This document shows positions 52,772 through 62,417 of a stretch of 64,000 nucleotides of DNA, piece after piece. Under the pieces are notes generated by a model that made no database searches, had not been told where the DNA came from, and saw nothing but the letters and a program-made list of their open reading frames with translations. How positions within the stretch are numbered: position 1 is the stretch's first letter; every line of letters starts with the position of its first letter. The stretch is taken from assembly GCA_045564995.1 (NCBI GenBank), contig JBJLGG010000001.1, positions 7,443 through 71,442 of the forward strand. The letters run 5' to 3'. This DNA is from Paracoccaceae bacterium (GTDB taxonomy: Bacteria; Pseudomonadota; Alphaproteobacteria; Rhodobacterales; Rhodobacteraceae). The position numbers were made by a program, and so were the translations under genes.

Positions 52772-52814
52772 TGTAAAATAAAATGGACAGATGTATTGTC
52801 AATTTAATATGACA
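52772..52814. promoter_or_regulatory. Tandem PpsR boxes at crtA/crtI
   Basis: TGT-N12-ACA at 52772-52789 and 52797-52814. Confidence 0.85.
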
Positions 52815-54353
52815 CGTTTAGAGCCAAATCTTAAAATACCTGTGATGTCACCTGCTAAACCTTCCGCTGTAGTAATAGGAGCTGGATTGGGAGGTTTGTC
52901 GGCTGCGATGCGACTGGGTTCAAAGGGGTACTCTGTCACAGTAGTTGATCGATTGGACCGAGTGGGTGGCAGAGGTTCATCGGTTTCAAGAAATGGTTTT
53001 AGATTTGACCTAGGGCCAACAATACTGACAGTTCCTCAAGTTTTTGAAAAGCTTTGGCAAGACTGCGGAAGGGAATTTGCAGCAGATGTTGATTTAGTGC
53101 CCTTGGATCCTTTTTACGAAATACGGTGGCAAGATGGAACCTGTTTTCAAGTTCGAAGTAGCGAAAAAGATATGCTTGCGGAAGTTTCTAAAAACTTTCC
53201 GAAAGATTTAAAGGGTTACAGAAAATTTCTTAAAGATTGTGAAAAACGATATGTTTTTGGTTTCGAGGGCTTGGGTAGAAAGCCGATGAACAAGCTTTGG
53301 GATTTATTAAAAGAACTCCCTGGATTTATAAGATTGAGAGCTGATCGATCTGTATATGCGCATGTGTCCACTAGAGTAAAAGATCCTAAATTCAGGATGG
53401 CGTTGTCCTTTCATCCGCTTTTTATTGGTGGAGACCCAAGGAATGTAACTTCAATGTATATTTTGGTTAGTCATCTGGAAAAGGCTTTTGGTGTTCATTA
53501 CGTCAAGGGTGGGGTTCAAGCTTTGGCCGATGCAATGGCTAGTGTGGTTAAGGAGCAGAGTGGTCAGGTCTTATTAAATTCGAGTGTTGATACTATAATT
53601 CAAAATAATCAGAGGGCTACTGGTGTCATATTAGAAAATGGGTTGCGCCTGAATGCTGACATTGTTGTTTCAAATGCAGATCCTAGCTGGACCTACAACA
53701 AACTTCTTAGGGGACATAAAAAAAAGCGGTGGTCTGAAAAAAGGTTAAATAACTCACGGTGGTCAATGGGACTTTTTGTTTGGTATTTCGGCACTCGAAA
53801 TACCAGAGAAAAGTGGGAGGATGTTGGACATCATACAATTATCAATGGTCCTCGTTATCGTGGGTTGTTGAGTGACATTTTTGATAAATGTTTTTTGGCG
53901 GAAGATATGTCAATTTATCTTCATCGTCCATCAGTCACAGACCCAAGCGTAGCACCGAAAGGTGATGACTGTTTTTATGCATTGTCACCTGTTCCCAATC
54001 TTAAAACGAAATCTCCAATCGATTGGCTCCGAGAAATAGATAGTTATAAAAAGAAAATGCGAAGTGTTCTAGAAAAAACAATCCCTGGTTTTTCTGATCA
54101 CATTGTTGCAGAGCATATATTAACTCCAAAAGATTTTGAGAACCGTTATTTAAGCCCCTTTGGCTCTGGATTTTCTCTTGAGCCCAGGATTTTTCAATCT
54201 GCATGGTTCAGACCTCATAATATTAGCGAAGAAATTGAAAACCTGTATCTTGTTGGGGCAGGAACCCATCCAGGCGCAGGTATTCCAAGCGTTGTAACAT
54301 CATCAGAAGTTTTAGCGCAGCTGGTTGCTGATCCAGTCTTGGAAGGTAGTTAA
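52809..54353 (+). CDS. crtI: Phytoene desaturase (start 52791, 52809 or 52845)
   Basis: Motifs GAGLGGL, FDLGPTI, SFHPLFIGGDP, QSAWFRPHN and GAGTHPGAG. Confidence 0.93.
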   Translation: MTRLEPNLKIPVMSPAKPSAVVIGAGLGGLSAAMRLGSKGYSVTVVDRLDRVGGRGSSVSRNGFRFDLGPTILTVPQVFEKLWQDCGREFAADVDLVPLDPFYEIRWQDGTCFQVRSSEKDMLAEVSKNFPKDLKGYRKFLKDCEKRYVFGFEGLGRKPMNKLWDLLKELPGFIRLRADRSVYAHVSTRVKDPKFRMALSFHPLFIGGDPRNVTSMYILVSHLEKAFGVHYVKGGVQALADAMASVVKEQSGQVLLNSSVDTIIQNNQRATGVILENGLRLNADIVVSNADPSWTYNKLLRGHKKKRWSEKRLNNSRWSMGLFVWYFGTRNTREKWEDVGHHTIINGPRYRGLLSDIFDKCFLAEDMSIYLHRPSVTDPSVAPKGDDCFYALSPVPNLKTKSPIDWLREIDSYKKKMRSVLEKTIPGFSDHIVAEHILTPKDFENRYLSPFGSGFSLEPRIFQSAWFRPHNISEEIENLYLVGAGTHPGAGIPSVVTSSEVLAQLVADPVLEGS

Positions 54354-54354
54354 T

Positions 54355-55374
54355 ATGTCAAATGGCCGAGAAGATGATTTAGACTATTGCGAACGAGCCA
54401 TTAAAAATGGTTCGCTCAGCTTCCATGCAGCCTCAAAACTTTTGCCGCGTAATGTTCGTAATTCTTGTTTAGCTCTTTATGCTTTTTGCAGATTAGCCGA
54501 TGATGAAGTAGATTTAAAGGAGGATAAATCTGCCTCAGTTTATGACCTCGTTGAAAGGTTAGACCAGGTTTACTCTGGTAAGCCAAGAAATCTCCCAATG
54601 GACCGTGCTTTCACTAGAATGGTTGAGGAAACCCAGATGCCGAAAGCCTTGCCAGAAGCGCTTATAGAGGGCTTAGTTTGGGATGCAATGGAGCGCCGAT
54701 ATAAAACTTTTGAGGAATTAGTCGCTTACTCAGCAAGGGTTGCTTCAGCAGTTGGAGTAATGATGTGTGTAATTATGCGTCAACGTGATTCCAACGTGCT
54801 TGCACGCGCATGCGACTTGGGAGTGGCGATGCAACTTACTAATATTGCTCGCGATATAGGAGAGGATGCTCGGGAGGGACGATTATATATCCCATTGGAT
54901 TGGATGAAAGAAGTTGGAGTCAATCCTAAACTATTTTTGAAGGCTCCTGCTCCAACGTCGGAAATACGTGGGCTGGCACATCGTTTATTATCAAAAGCAG
55001 AAATTCTATACCAAAGATCGGAATCAGGGATAGTATGCTTACCAAGAACGGTACGGCCTGCAATGTTTTCTGCACGTCATATTTACGCTGCAATTGGCCA
55101 AGAAATTCGAAAAAATGGCTTCGATAGTATTAGTCAGCGTGCTAAAACAACGCGCAGAAAAAAGCTAGGGCTGCTTCTATTATCCTGTGCACAATCAAGT
55201 GCTAGTTTGTTGCTACCAGGCCCTGCTACCCTTTATGCTCCCCCGTTGGACCAAACAAAATTTCTTGTTACTGCTGCGGAATTAAGGAAGCCGGAAGACT
55301 CTGCTTGGAGTGATCGTTTTATTTCTGTATTGGAGCAGTTACGTCAAAGAGATCTTGAACAATATGGCACATAG
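54355..55374 (+). CDS. crtB: Phytoene synthase
   Basis: Motifs GSLSF, YAFCRLADD and AMQLTNIARDIGED. Confidence 0.93.
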   Translation: MSNGREDDLDYCERAIKNGSLSFHAASKLLPRNVRNSCLALYAFCRLADDEVDLKEDKSASVYDLVERLDQVYSGKPRNLPMDRAFTRMVEETQMPKALPEALIEGLVWDAMERRYKTFEELVAYSARVASAVGVMMCVIMRQRDSNVLARACDLGVAMQLTNIARDIGEDAREGRLYIPLDWMKEVGVNPKLFLKAPAPTSEIRGLAHRLLSKAEILYQRSESGIVCLPRTVRPAMFSARHIYAAIGQEIRKNGFDSISQRAKTTRRKKLGLLLLSCAQSSASLLLPGPATLYAPPLDQTKFLVTAAELRKPEDSAWSDRFISVLEQLRQRDLEQYGT

Positions 55375-55404
55375 CAAATACGATTTTCTGAATTTTGTAA
55401 TGCT

Positions 55405-55851
55405 ATGTTTTGGTTAGATTTTTTTATTTTTTTATTCGCATGTATGGCTGCAGGCCTAACAGGTTCACTTTTCCCACCAGGACAATGGTACTCCGAATTA
55501 AATAAACCAACATGGACCCCGCCCAACTGGATTTTTCCCGTTGCTTGGCCAATTCTTTACCTATGCATGTCTTACAGTGGAGCAACTTTGGCTAATATTG
55601 ATGGTGCTGGGTCTGCGTTGGCATTATGGGCGCTGCAAATAGCTCTAAACACCTTATGGACCCCAGTATTTTTTGGATTAGAAAACATAAAAGCTGGTCT
55701 AATTATTATACTTCTCTTATTTCTGTCTGTTGCAATTTGTACATATGTTTTCTGGATGCATTCCTTTCTATCTGGATTGCTGTTCTTACCGTATTTAGCT
55801 TGGGTAACCTTTGCAGCTGCATTAAATATGGCTGTATTTAGGCTAAATTAA
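55405..55851 (+). CDS. tspO: Tryptophan-rich sensory protein TspO (CrtK)
   Basis: Motifs WY..LNKPTWTPPNW, NTLWTPVFFG and PYLAWV.FA. Confidence 0.93.
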   Translation: MFWLDFFIFLFACMAAGLTGSLFPPGQWYSELNKPTWTPPNWIFPVAWPILYLCMSYSGATLANIDGAGSALALWALQIALNTLWTPVFFGLENIKAGLIIILLLFLSVAICTYVFWMHSFLSGLLFLPYLAWVTFAAALNMAVFRLN

Positions 55852-55855
55852 ACAA

Positions 55856-56908
55856 TTATTTAAAGGTCCAACGCTTCCGTCGAGGAACGCGCACGGCGAG
55901 CATTGCTAAAATCACAGGATTGCGGAACCGATGAAGATCTAGAGCCTCAAAGACGCCTGTAGTTTTTTGTCCGTCAAGGGTTGTTTCAACTGCAGCCCGG
56001 CTATAAAATGGTGCATCTAACATATTTTTAATCTGCCTCGGTTCATAAGTTTTATCACATCTAGTGCTGCGTTTAATAGACCAAAGGCTGCGATTAAATT
56101 TTTTGATTGGAGGAGGATCTACAATCGAAGATCCCTGCCCATCTGCATCGAAATCAAACGCGTAGCTCTCCGTTTTTCCATCTTTGAGCTCAAGATCGTA
56201 GAAGCATTTTGTCCCGCCAGAAATAGGAAATCGACCCCATGTCCAGTAATTAAAATCTTGCTCAAGTGCTCGAGTGCCAAAATTTGCATCGAAATAGCCG
56301 TGCCCTGACCATTTCCAGCCCGACATGTTTAGGTCTACCTCAATTTCTGCGGTTGGGGCGAACGGCCTCCAAATATGGGTGCCTGAAGAAGTTAAAGGTA
56401 ACTCTACATCGGTGACTGACTTTGGCTTAACAATAATTGTACCTTTAACACGCGATACAAAAGGTAAGCTACTGACTTCATTTATAGATATTACTAAACT
56501 TTTCTCCACCTCATCCCAAATCATAGAAGAAGGGCCAACTGTAAGGCTGTATTTAGATTGCTGTAAAGCAGAACTCCCTCGGTCCGTCATTGTAAATCGA
56601 CCACCAGGGCCGTAGGTTGCAACATTTATACAGACGTTATTCTGTGGAACTTTTCTTCCTGACCATTTATACCAAGGAGAAAAAACTGAGCCAATAAAAG
56701 CAATAATTGAAATTGCTTTTCCACTTACCGGGTCGATGCCGTCAATGTACCACCATGCATATCCATTTGAGGGAACGTCGATATTGAAGTTTGGCCCTTT
56801 GTTATCTCCTCGACCGCCAGCTGGGCGCAAAGCGTTGCCATTGGAACTCCTGCTCCAGGATGTACTCCGCCCCCCACTAGAAAAAGGTTTTGCAGGGGCG
56901 TTACGCAT
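55856..56908 (-). CDS. crtC: Hydroxyneurosporene synthase (carotenoid 1,2-hydratase); start uncertain and inside crtD
   Basis: Motifs GYAWWYIDG, IAFIGSVFSPWY, MTDRG, GHGYFDAN and DAPFYSR. Confidence 0.88.
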   Translation of the reverse strand: MRNAPAKPFSSGGRSTSWSRSSNGNALRPAGGRGDNKGPNFNIDVPSNGYAWWYIDGIDPVSGKAISIIAFIGSVFSPWYKWSGRKVPQNNVCINVATYGPGGRFTMTDRGSSALQQSKYSLTVGPSSMIWDEVEKSLVISINEVSSLPFVSRVKGTIIVKPKSVTDVELPLTSSGTHIWRPFAPTAEIEVDLNMSGWKWSGHGYFDANFGTRALEQDFNYWTWGRFPISGGTKCFYDLELKDGKTESYAFDFDADGQGSSIVDPPPIKKFNRSLWSIKRSTRCDKTYEPRQIKNMLDAPFYSRAAVETTLDGQKTTGVFEALDLHRFRNPVILAMLAVRVPRRKRWTFK

Positions 56909-58284
56909 TTGGGTCGCTTCAAGGTCGCTAGTAGGCTGTGAGGGCTCCGACCGTAGAGCGACCCGTCCGATGCTGGAAAAAGTTCCTCGAAGTCGTGAGG
57001 TGTTGATAGGTTCGCCCTTTTTAGCTTTGACTGAAAGTTCAGGCCAAACATTTCCAGCCGTTTGAAGGTTATTTCTTTGCATTTTTCATAATCCTCTGCA
57101 GTGTCTTTTCGTTTTGAAACGGGCGGAGCATTCAAAATTATTTCAAACCGTTCAGTGTTTGGGTATGGTGCATTCTTGCCTCGATCTTGAGCGCAAATAT
57201 AAATGGATGGATCAATTGGCATTTTGCCTTGTTTTATGTCGTAAAACTCTGAATTAGGTTCATCTGAAAAAAATACATTATGATGAACTAAATCTGGGCC
57301 AGAAACTTTAGCATCGAAGCCCCAAACATATGCTGATAGACTTCGTTCTCCAGTAGCTTCTTTCGCTGCAGCTTTTTTCACGCACTGCCCAAGTTTTCCT
57401 AATGCTAGTGCTCGTGGATCTCCATTAAAAATAAATTTATCAGCTTCGTGTTTTTTCTCGAAAGTATCAGTAATGGAAACGACTCTATCGCCTTTTGTAT
57501 TAAATTCTTTTATGTCCGTCCCGTAATTAAAAGACGCGCCACGAGCTTTGGCCAGCTGCTCTATCACCCGTGCAAGTTTTCTCATTCCACCCTTAATTGA
57601 CCAAACTCCCTGTGCTTCTGCTTGCCAAACAAGTGAAAGAAGGGCTGGGGATTCCAATGGTGAACCTCCGACATAGGTTGCATATCGCCCAAATAATTGT
57701 CTTAAGCGAATATCTTGAAATTTATAATTAAGTAAACTACTTAGCGTGCGAAGTGGATGCATTTTGGGCAGAATTTTTGGATTAGAGAGAACTGCACGAT
57801 TCATGTCTAATATCGATGGTCTTGGATTTTGCATCACAGGTAGGTCAAAACATGCGAATAAATCTCTTGTGTCACAAAAGTATTTTTCAAATTCTATGGC
57901 GGAGCTGGATCCGCTAAACTTCATTATGGCATCTCTTGATGTCTCGAAGTCGTCATGTAGGTCTAGAGATGTTCCGTCAGGCCACCAGTGCCTAGCGATA
58001 ATTTTTTGCCTTACCAAGTCAACATGTTCAAAAATATCTTCACCAACTGATTTAAATAATTTTTGAAAAATTGGCAAAAGTGTAAGAACTGTAGGCCCTA
58101 TATCGATCTCACCTGTAGAGCCTGTAATTGTTCTAAGTTTGCCGCCGGCACCGTTGGCTCTTTCGATTACTTTTACATCATAGCCCAAGTGTGATAGGCG
58201 TAGTGATGATGCAAGGCCACCAATACCAGCCCCTACTATTATAACTTTATCCTTATTTGCTACTGGTACCTGATGAAGGGTCAT
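56725..58284 (-). CDS. crtD: 1-hydroxycarotenoid 3,4-desaturase
   Basis: Motifs GAGIGGL, GPTVLT, LFGRYATYVGGSP, HHNVFF and HPGAGVPMA. Confidence 0.93.
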   Translation of the reverse strand: MTLHQVPVANKDKVIIVGAGIGGLASSLRLSHLGYDVKVIERANGAGGKLRTITGSTGEIDIGPTVLTLLPIFQKLFKSVGEDIFEHVDLVRQKIIARHWWPDGTSLDLHDDFETSRDAIMKFSGSSSAIEFEKYFCDTRDLFACFDLPVMQNPRPSILDMNRAVLSNPKILPKMHPLRTLSSLLNYKFQDIRLRQLFGRYATYVGGSPLESPALLSLVWQAEAQGVWSIKGGMRKLARVIEQLAKARGASFNYGTDIKEFNTKGDRVVSITDTFEKKHEADKFIFNGDPRALALGKLGQCVKKAAAKEATGERSLSAYVWGFDAKVSGPDLVHHNVFFSDEPNSEFYDIKQGKMPIDPSIYICAQDRGKNAPYPNTERFEIILNAPPVSKRKDTAEDYEKCKEITFKRLEMFGLNFQSKLKRANLSTPHDFEELFPASDGSLYGRSPHSLLATLKRPKCVTPLQNLFLVGGGVHPGAGVPMATLCAQLAVEEITKGQTSISTFPQMDMHGGTLTASTR

Positions 58285-58313
58285 AATTGAATTGTTGACT
58301 CGAATAGATAATA

Positions 58314-58331
58314 TGTCCAGTATAATTTACA
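58314..58331. promoter_or_regulatory. PpsR box at crtD/crtE
   Basis: Perfect TGT-N12-ACA at 58314-58331, flanked by one-mismatch copies at 58293-58310 and 58336-58353. Confidence 0.8.
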
Positions 58332-58369
58332 CATATGTAAATAATAATTGTCACAATCGGAGTATTGCT

Positions 58370-59239
58370 TTGCTGGATAAGAGAATTGAGGCCGCCATAA
58401 GGCGTGTTGTTGGGGTTCGCGGCGAAAAATTCTCGGTGCCACAGTCTCTTGATGAGGCAATTCAGTATTCTGTATTTCCTGGCGGCGCGCGAATTCGGCC
58501 AACAATACTGCTATCAGTGGCGGTGGCGTGTGGTGATGATATTCCCAGCCTAGCGGATGCTGCTGCTGCAGCACTGGAGATGATTCATTGCGCCAGTTTG
58601 GTTCATGATGATCTGCCCTGTTTTGATAATGCAGAGACGAGGCGTGGGAAACCGTCTGTGCATAATAAATTTGGACAGTCTACAGCTGTACTAGTAGGAG
58701 ACAGTTTAATAGCCGATGCGTTTGGTGTTATCGCAAAGGCTTCAGAAAAGGACCCGGTACGAGCGACGAAACTAATTTCGTTACTTTCTAAGTATACTGG
58801 ATTTCCAAATGGTATTTGTGCTGGGCAAGCCTGGGAAACTGAAACGAATGTTGACTTGTCTGCTTATCATCAAACAAAAACAGGTGCATTGTTTATAGCT
58901 GCAACGCAGATGGGGGCGGCAAGTGCAGGTCATGATCCTGAGCCATGGTTTGAGTTAGGGGCTCGTATTGGAGAGGCATTTCAAGTTGCTGATGATTTAT
59001 TAGATGTTCTTTGTTCGGAAGACGAAACTGGTAAGCCTGCTGGTCAAGATTTAATAAATCAACGGCCAAATGCCGTTAGTGCATATGGTGTAGATGGTGC
59101 AAAGCAGAAACTCAGAGATATACTGGGTGGGGCCATCTCATCTATTCCTTCCTGTCCAGGTGAGGCAAAGCTTGCAGAGATGGTAAAGTTACAATCAAAT
59201 CGCCTCTTGCCGAAGGAACACATGAAGCCGGTGGCGTGA
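58370..59239 (+). CDS. crtE: Geranylgeranyl diphosphate synthase
   Basis: Motifs PGGARIRP, HCASLVHDDLPCFD, KTGALF and FQVADD. TTG at 58370 follows GGAG. Confidence 0.93.
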   Translation: MLDKRIEAAIRRVVGVRGEKFSVPQSLDEAIQYSVFPGGARIRPTILLSVAVACGDDIPSLADAAAAALEMIHCASLVHDDLPCFDNAETRRGKPSVHNKFGQSTAVLVGDSLIADAFGVIAKASEKDPVRATKLISLLSKYTGFPNGICAGQAWETETNVDLSAYHQTKTGALFIAATQMGAASAGHDPEPWFELGARIGEAFQVADDLLDVLCSEDETGKPAGQDLINQRPNAVSAYGVDGAKQKLRDILGGAISSIPSCPGEAKLAEMVKLQSNRLLPKEHMKPVA

Positions 59240-59243
59240 AACT

Positions 59244-60353
59244 ATGGTAGTTGATAGTCCTGAAAGTGGTTTCAGCAAAGTTCCTAAGTCACATTTTTGG
59301 ATGAGGGCTAAAAATAATTTATTTAAAAATCAGAAATTTCATAGAATTATTGGCAAGATACCAATTCTTTCGGGCGTAGCAAAGCGTGAGGGTGAAGATA
59401 TCTTTACGCTGATGTCTGGCTTTGTCGCGACACAGGTTCTTTTTGTTTGGATTCAAACAGGAGCGCTGCAGAAACTAGATAGAAAACCATATAGTGCTAA
59501 AATGTTATCTTCATTTTGGGAGTTTGATCTAGAGCGTACCGAAATTTTATGCCGCGCCGGTGAGGCTATTGGACTTGTTAAAGAAAATAAGGGTAGTTAT
59601 CGCCTAACGCGCAAGGGGGCAGTAATTATCGGCTTGCCTGGTGTGGCGGATCTCATTGAGCATCATAAGATTCTTTACAGAGACTTGCTGAACCCATTAG
59701 ATTTTTTTAGAGGGGTTGAGGAAACGCATCTCTCAAAATTTTGGCCCTATGTTTTTAGCGGCGGTATGGACCTAAGTCCTAATGAGGTGGAGCAATACAG
59801 TAATTTAATGAGCGAGTCTCAGTACATGGTTGCAGCTGACACGCTTAATTCAGTCAACATACCACCAACGTGTCGTTTCTTAGATGTGGGTGGCGGTAAG
59901 GGCACCTTTGTGGGTGAGTTGAGTAAAACTTATCCGAAGGTTGATGCGGCAGTTTTTGATCTGCCAGGCTCGCATTCCGAGAATGCAGAGCACACTTGTA
60001 TTACTGGGTCTTTCAAGGAAGATGAGCTGCCTAAAGGATATGATGTAATCTCTCTAGTGCGTATACTTTATGATCATCGTGATAAAACAATTGAGAGCTT
60101 ACTTGGTAAAGTCCATCGTGCACTCGGCTCAGGTGGTCGCTTGATAGTTTCTGAGCCAATGCTTGGCCCTGATCGACCATCAATATGGGGCGATGTATAT
60201 TTTGCTATTTATACACTGGCCATGCGTACAGGGAAGACACGATCTCCCAACCAAGTGTCTGACTTAATTAAAGCTGCAGGTTTTGTGGATATTAAAATTC
60301 ATAAATCCAGACGTCCCTTTATTACGACCGTAATAGAGGCTCGTAAAAGTTAA
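59244..60353 (+). CDS. crtF: Demethylspheroidene O-methyltransferase
   Basis: Motifs GFVATQVL, FWPYVF, LDVGGGKG, LVRILYDH and YTLAMRTG. Confidence 0.92.
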   Translation: MVVDSPESGFSKVPKSHFWMRAKNNLFKNQKFHRIIGKIPILSGVAKREGEDIFTLMSGFVATQVLFVWIQTGALQKLDRKPYSAKMLSSFWEFDLERTEILCRAGEAIGLVKENKGSYRLTRKGAVIIGLPGVADLIEHHKILYRDLLNPLDFFRGVEETHLSKFWPYVFSGGMDLSPNEVEQYSNLMSESQYMVAADTLNSVNIPPTCRFLDVGGGKGTFVGELSKTYPKVDAAVFDLPGSHSENAEHTCITGSFKEDELPKGYDVISLVRILYDHRDKTIESLLGKVHRALGSGGRLIVSEPMLGPDRPSIWGDVYFAIYTLAMRTGKTRSPNQVSDLIKAAGFVDIKIHKSRRPFITTVIEARKS

Positions 60354-60364
60354 ATTACAAAAAA

Positions 60365-60408
60365 TGTCAAAAAAAATTGACACTCTCGAATGTAAGGTTA
60401 AACTGACA
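60365..60408. promoter_or_regulatory. Tandem PpsR boxes overlapping the bchC promoter
   Basis: TGT-N12-ACA at 60365-60382 (contains TTGACA) and 60391-60408, 8 bp apart. Confidence 0.88.
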
Positions 60409-60464
60409 CTTATTACGACTTTTTATTGTAGCGATAAAGCAAGTGTCAGGGATAAGGGATAAGG

Positions 60465-61406
60465 ATGGAAACATCAGCAGTTTTATTGGAGGGTGCTAAG
60501 CAACTTTCAATCCAGCCCGTCGGCTTGAAAGATCCTACTGACGGCGATGTCGTTGTTCAGGTAAGTCACTCTGGAATTTCAACTGGTACTGAAAGCTTGC
60601 TATGGTCTGGCACGATGCCGCCTTTTCCTGGTATGGGATATCCTCTTGTTCCCGGTTATGAAGCAGTTGGTGAGGTTGTTCATGCAGAAAAGGGGGCAAC
60701 AGTCACCCCTGGTGATCATGTCTTTGTACCCGGATCGAATGGATTTAAAGACGCCTTCGGTCTCTTTGGGGGATCGGCAAGATTACTTGTAACCCATTGT
60801 GATAGAACAATTAAAATTGACTCAGGCTTGGGTGAGCAGGGCGCTCTTTTTGCTCTGGCAGCAACTGCCCGCCATGCGATTGCGGGAATGGAAGTTAGGT
60901 TGCCAGATCTCATTATAGGTCACGGGGTCCTAGGGCGGATGTTAGCTCGTCTTACGCTTGCTGCTGGCGGGGAGCCTCCCACCGTCTGGGAGATAGATGA
61001 AGCTCGCAGAGACGGAGCCACAGGTTATGAGGTTATCCATCCCGATATGGATAAAAGCAATAATTATCGAGCTGTGTTTGATGCGTCTGGTCGTTCTGAT
61101 ATTTTAGACCAGTGGATTCAAAAGTGCCAAAAAGGTGCTGAAATAGTGCTTGCAGGATTTTACAGCGAGAGAATCAACTTTGCCTTTCCTCCAGCCTTTA
61201 TGAAGGAAATTAAGATAAGAATAGCAGCTGAGTGGTCTCAGTCGGACCTTATTGCTGTTCGCGCACTGGTAGAGAGTGGTGCGCTTTCTTTGGATGGATT
61301 GATTACACATAGGTCATCAGCGGAAAATGCAGATTTAGCCTATAGAACAGCATTTGAAACAGCCGATTGCAGTAAAATGATGCTAGATTGGAGCAATATG
61401 AAATGA
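60465..61406 (+). CDS. bchC: Bacteriochlorophyllide a dehydrogenase
   Basis: Motifs SGISTGTE, PPFPGMGYPLVPGYE, ALAATARHA and FPPAFMKE. Confidence 0.95.
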   Translation: METSAVLLEGAKQLSIQPVGLKDPTDGDVVVQVSHSGISTGTESLLWSGTMPPFPGMGYPLVPGYEAVGEVVHAEKGATVTPGDHVFVPGSNGFKDAFGLFGGSARLLVTHCDRTIKIDSGLGEQGALFALAATARHAIAGMEVRLPDLIIGHGVLGRMLARLTLAAGGEPPTVWEIDEARRDGATGYEVIHPDMDKSNNYRAVFDASGRSDILDQWIQKCQKGAEIVLAGFYSERINFAFPPAFMKEIKIRIAAEWSQSDLIAVRALVESGALSLDGLITHRSSAENADLAYRTAFETADCSKMMLDWSNMK

Positions 61407-62416
61407 AAGATGATGTCCCGAATCTAAAGGATTATTCGCAAAGACTCAGGGATGAGGCGAATATGGACCTTGCGGATATACAATCTGACGGTGAGGCCAC
61501 TGAACCCACAAAACACACACAGATTATAGCTATTTATGGAAAAGGCGGTATTGGGAAGTCTTTCACATTAGCAAATCTTTCACACATGATGGCGGAAATG
61601 GGTAAAAGGGTTTTGCTAATAGGATGTGATCCCAAATCTGACACCACAAGCTTATTGTTTGGTGGTAAGGCTTGTCCTACGATCATAGAGACCTCCACAA
61701 AGAAGAAGTTGGCCGGTGAGGAGGTAAAAATCGGTGATGTCTGTTTCAAGCGCGGTGGAGTATTTGCCATGGAGCTTGGTGGCCCTGAGGTTGGTCGAGG
61801 CTGTGGTGGTCGAGGTATAATTCACGGTTTTGAGTTGCTTGAAAAATTAGGGTTCCATGATTGGGATTTTGACTATGTTCTGTTGGACTTTCTCGGGGAT
61901 GTCGTTTGTGGAGGTTTTGGCCTACCGATTGCGAGAGATATGGCGCAGAAAGTTATATTAGTCGCTTCCAATGATCTGCAGTCCCTATATGTTTCCAATA
62001 ATGTATGCTCTGCTGTTGAATATTTTAGAAAATTGGGCGGTAATGTTGGCGTTGCCGGATTGGTTATAAACAAAGACGATGGAAGCGGGGAGGCAGCTGC
62101 TTTCGCGCGAGAAGCTAAAATTCCCATTTTAGCTGCAATACCCCAAGACGATGATTTAAGAAAAAAATCTGCCAATTATCAAATTGTTGGGACAAAGCAA
62201 GGTCAGTGGGGAGATTTGTTTACTCAGCTAGCTGAGGCAGTTGGAGAAGCTCCTCCTGTTCGGCCTACGCCATTAGATCAAGACGGGCTTCTTAATCTTT
62301 TTGATAGCAAAGACACTGGGGGTGATTTTGTACTAGTGCCGGCAACAGACACTGATATGCGCGGAAAACATGCTAAGCCGAAGAAGTCTTTAGAGGTCGT
62401 TTACGACGAGGCATGA
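61403..62416 (+). CDS. bchX: Chlorophyllide a reductase Fe protein
   Basis: Motifs [19 protein letters not shown] and GPEVGRGCGGRG. Confidence 0.95.
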   Translation: MKDDVPNLKDYSQRLRDEANMDLADIQSDGEATEPTKHTQIIAIYGKGGIGKSFTLANLSHMMAEMGKRVLLIGCDPKSDTTSLLFGGKACPTIIETSTKKKLAGEEVKIGDVCFKRGGVFAMELGGPEVGRGCGGRGIIHGFELLEKLGFHDWDFDYVLLDFLGDVVCGGFGLPIARDMAQKVILVASNDLQSLYVSNNVCSAVEYFRKLGGNVGVAGLVINKDDGSGEAAAFAREAKIPILAAIPQDDDLRKKSANYQIVGTKQGQWGDLFTQLAEAVGEAPPVRPTPLDQDGLLNLFDSKDTGGDFVLVPATDTDMRGKHAKPKKSLEVVYDEA

Positions 62417-62417
62417 G

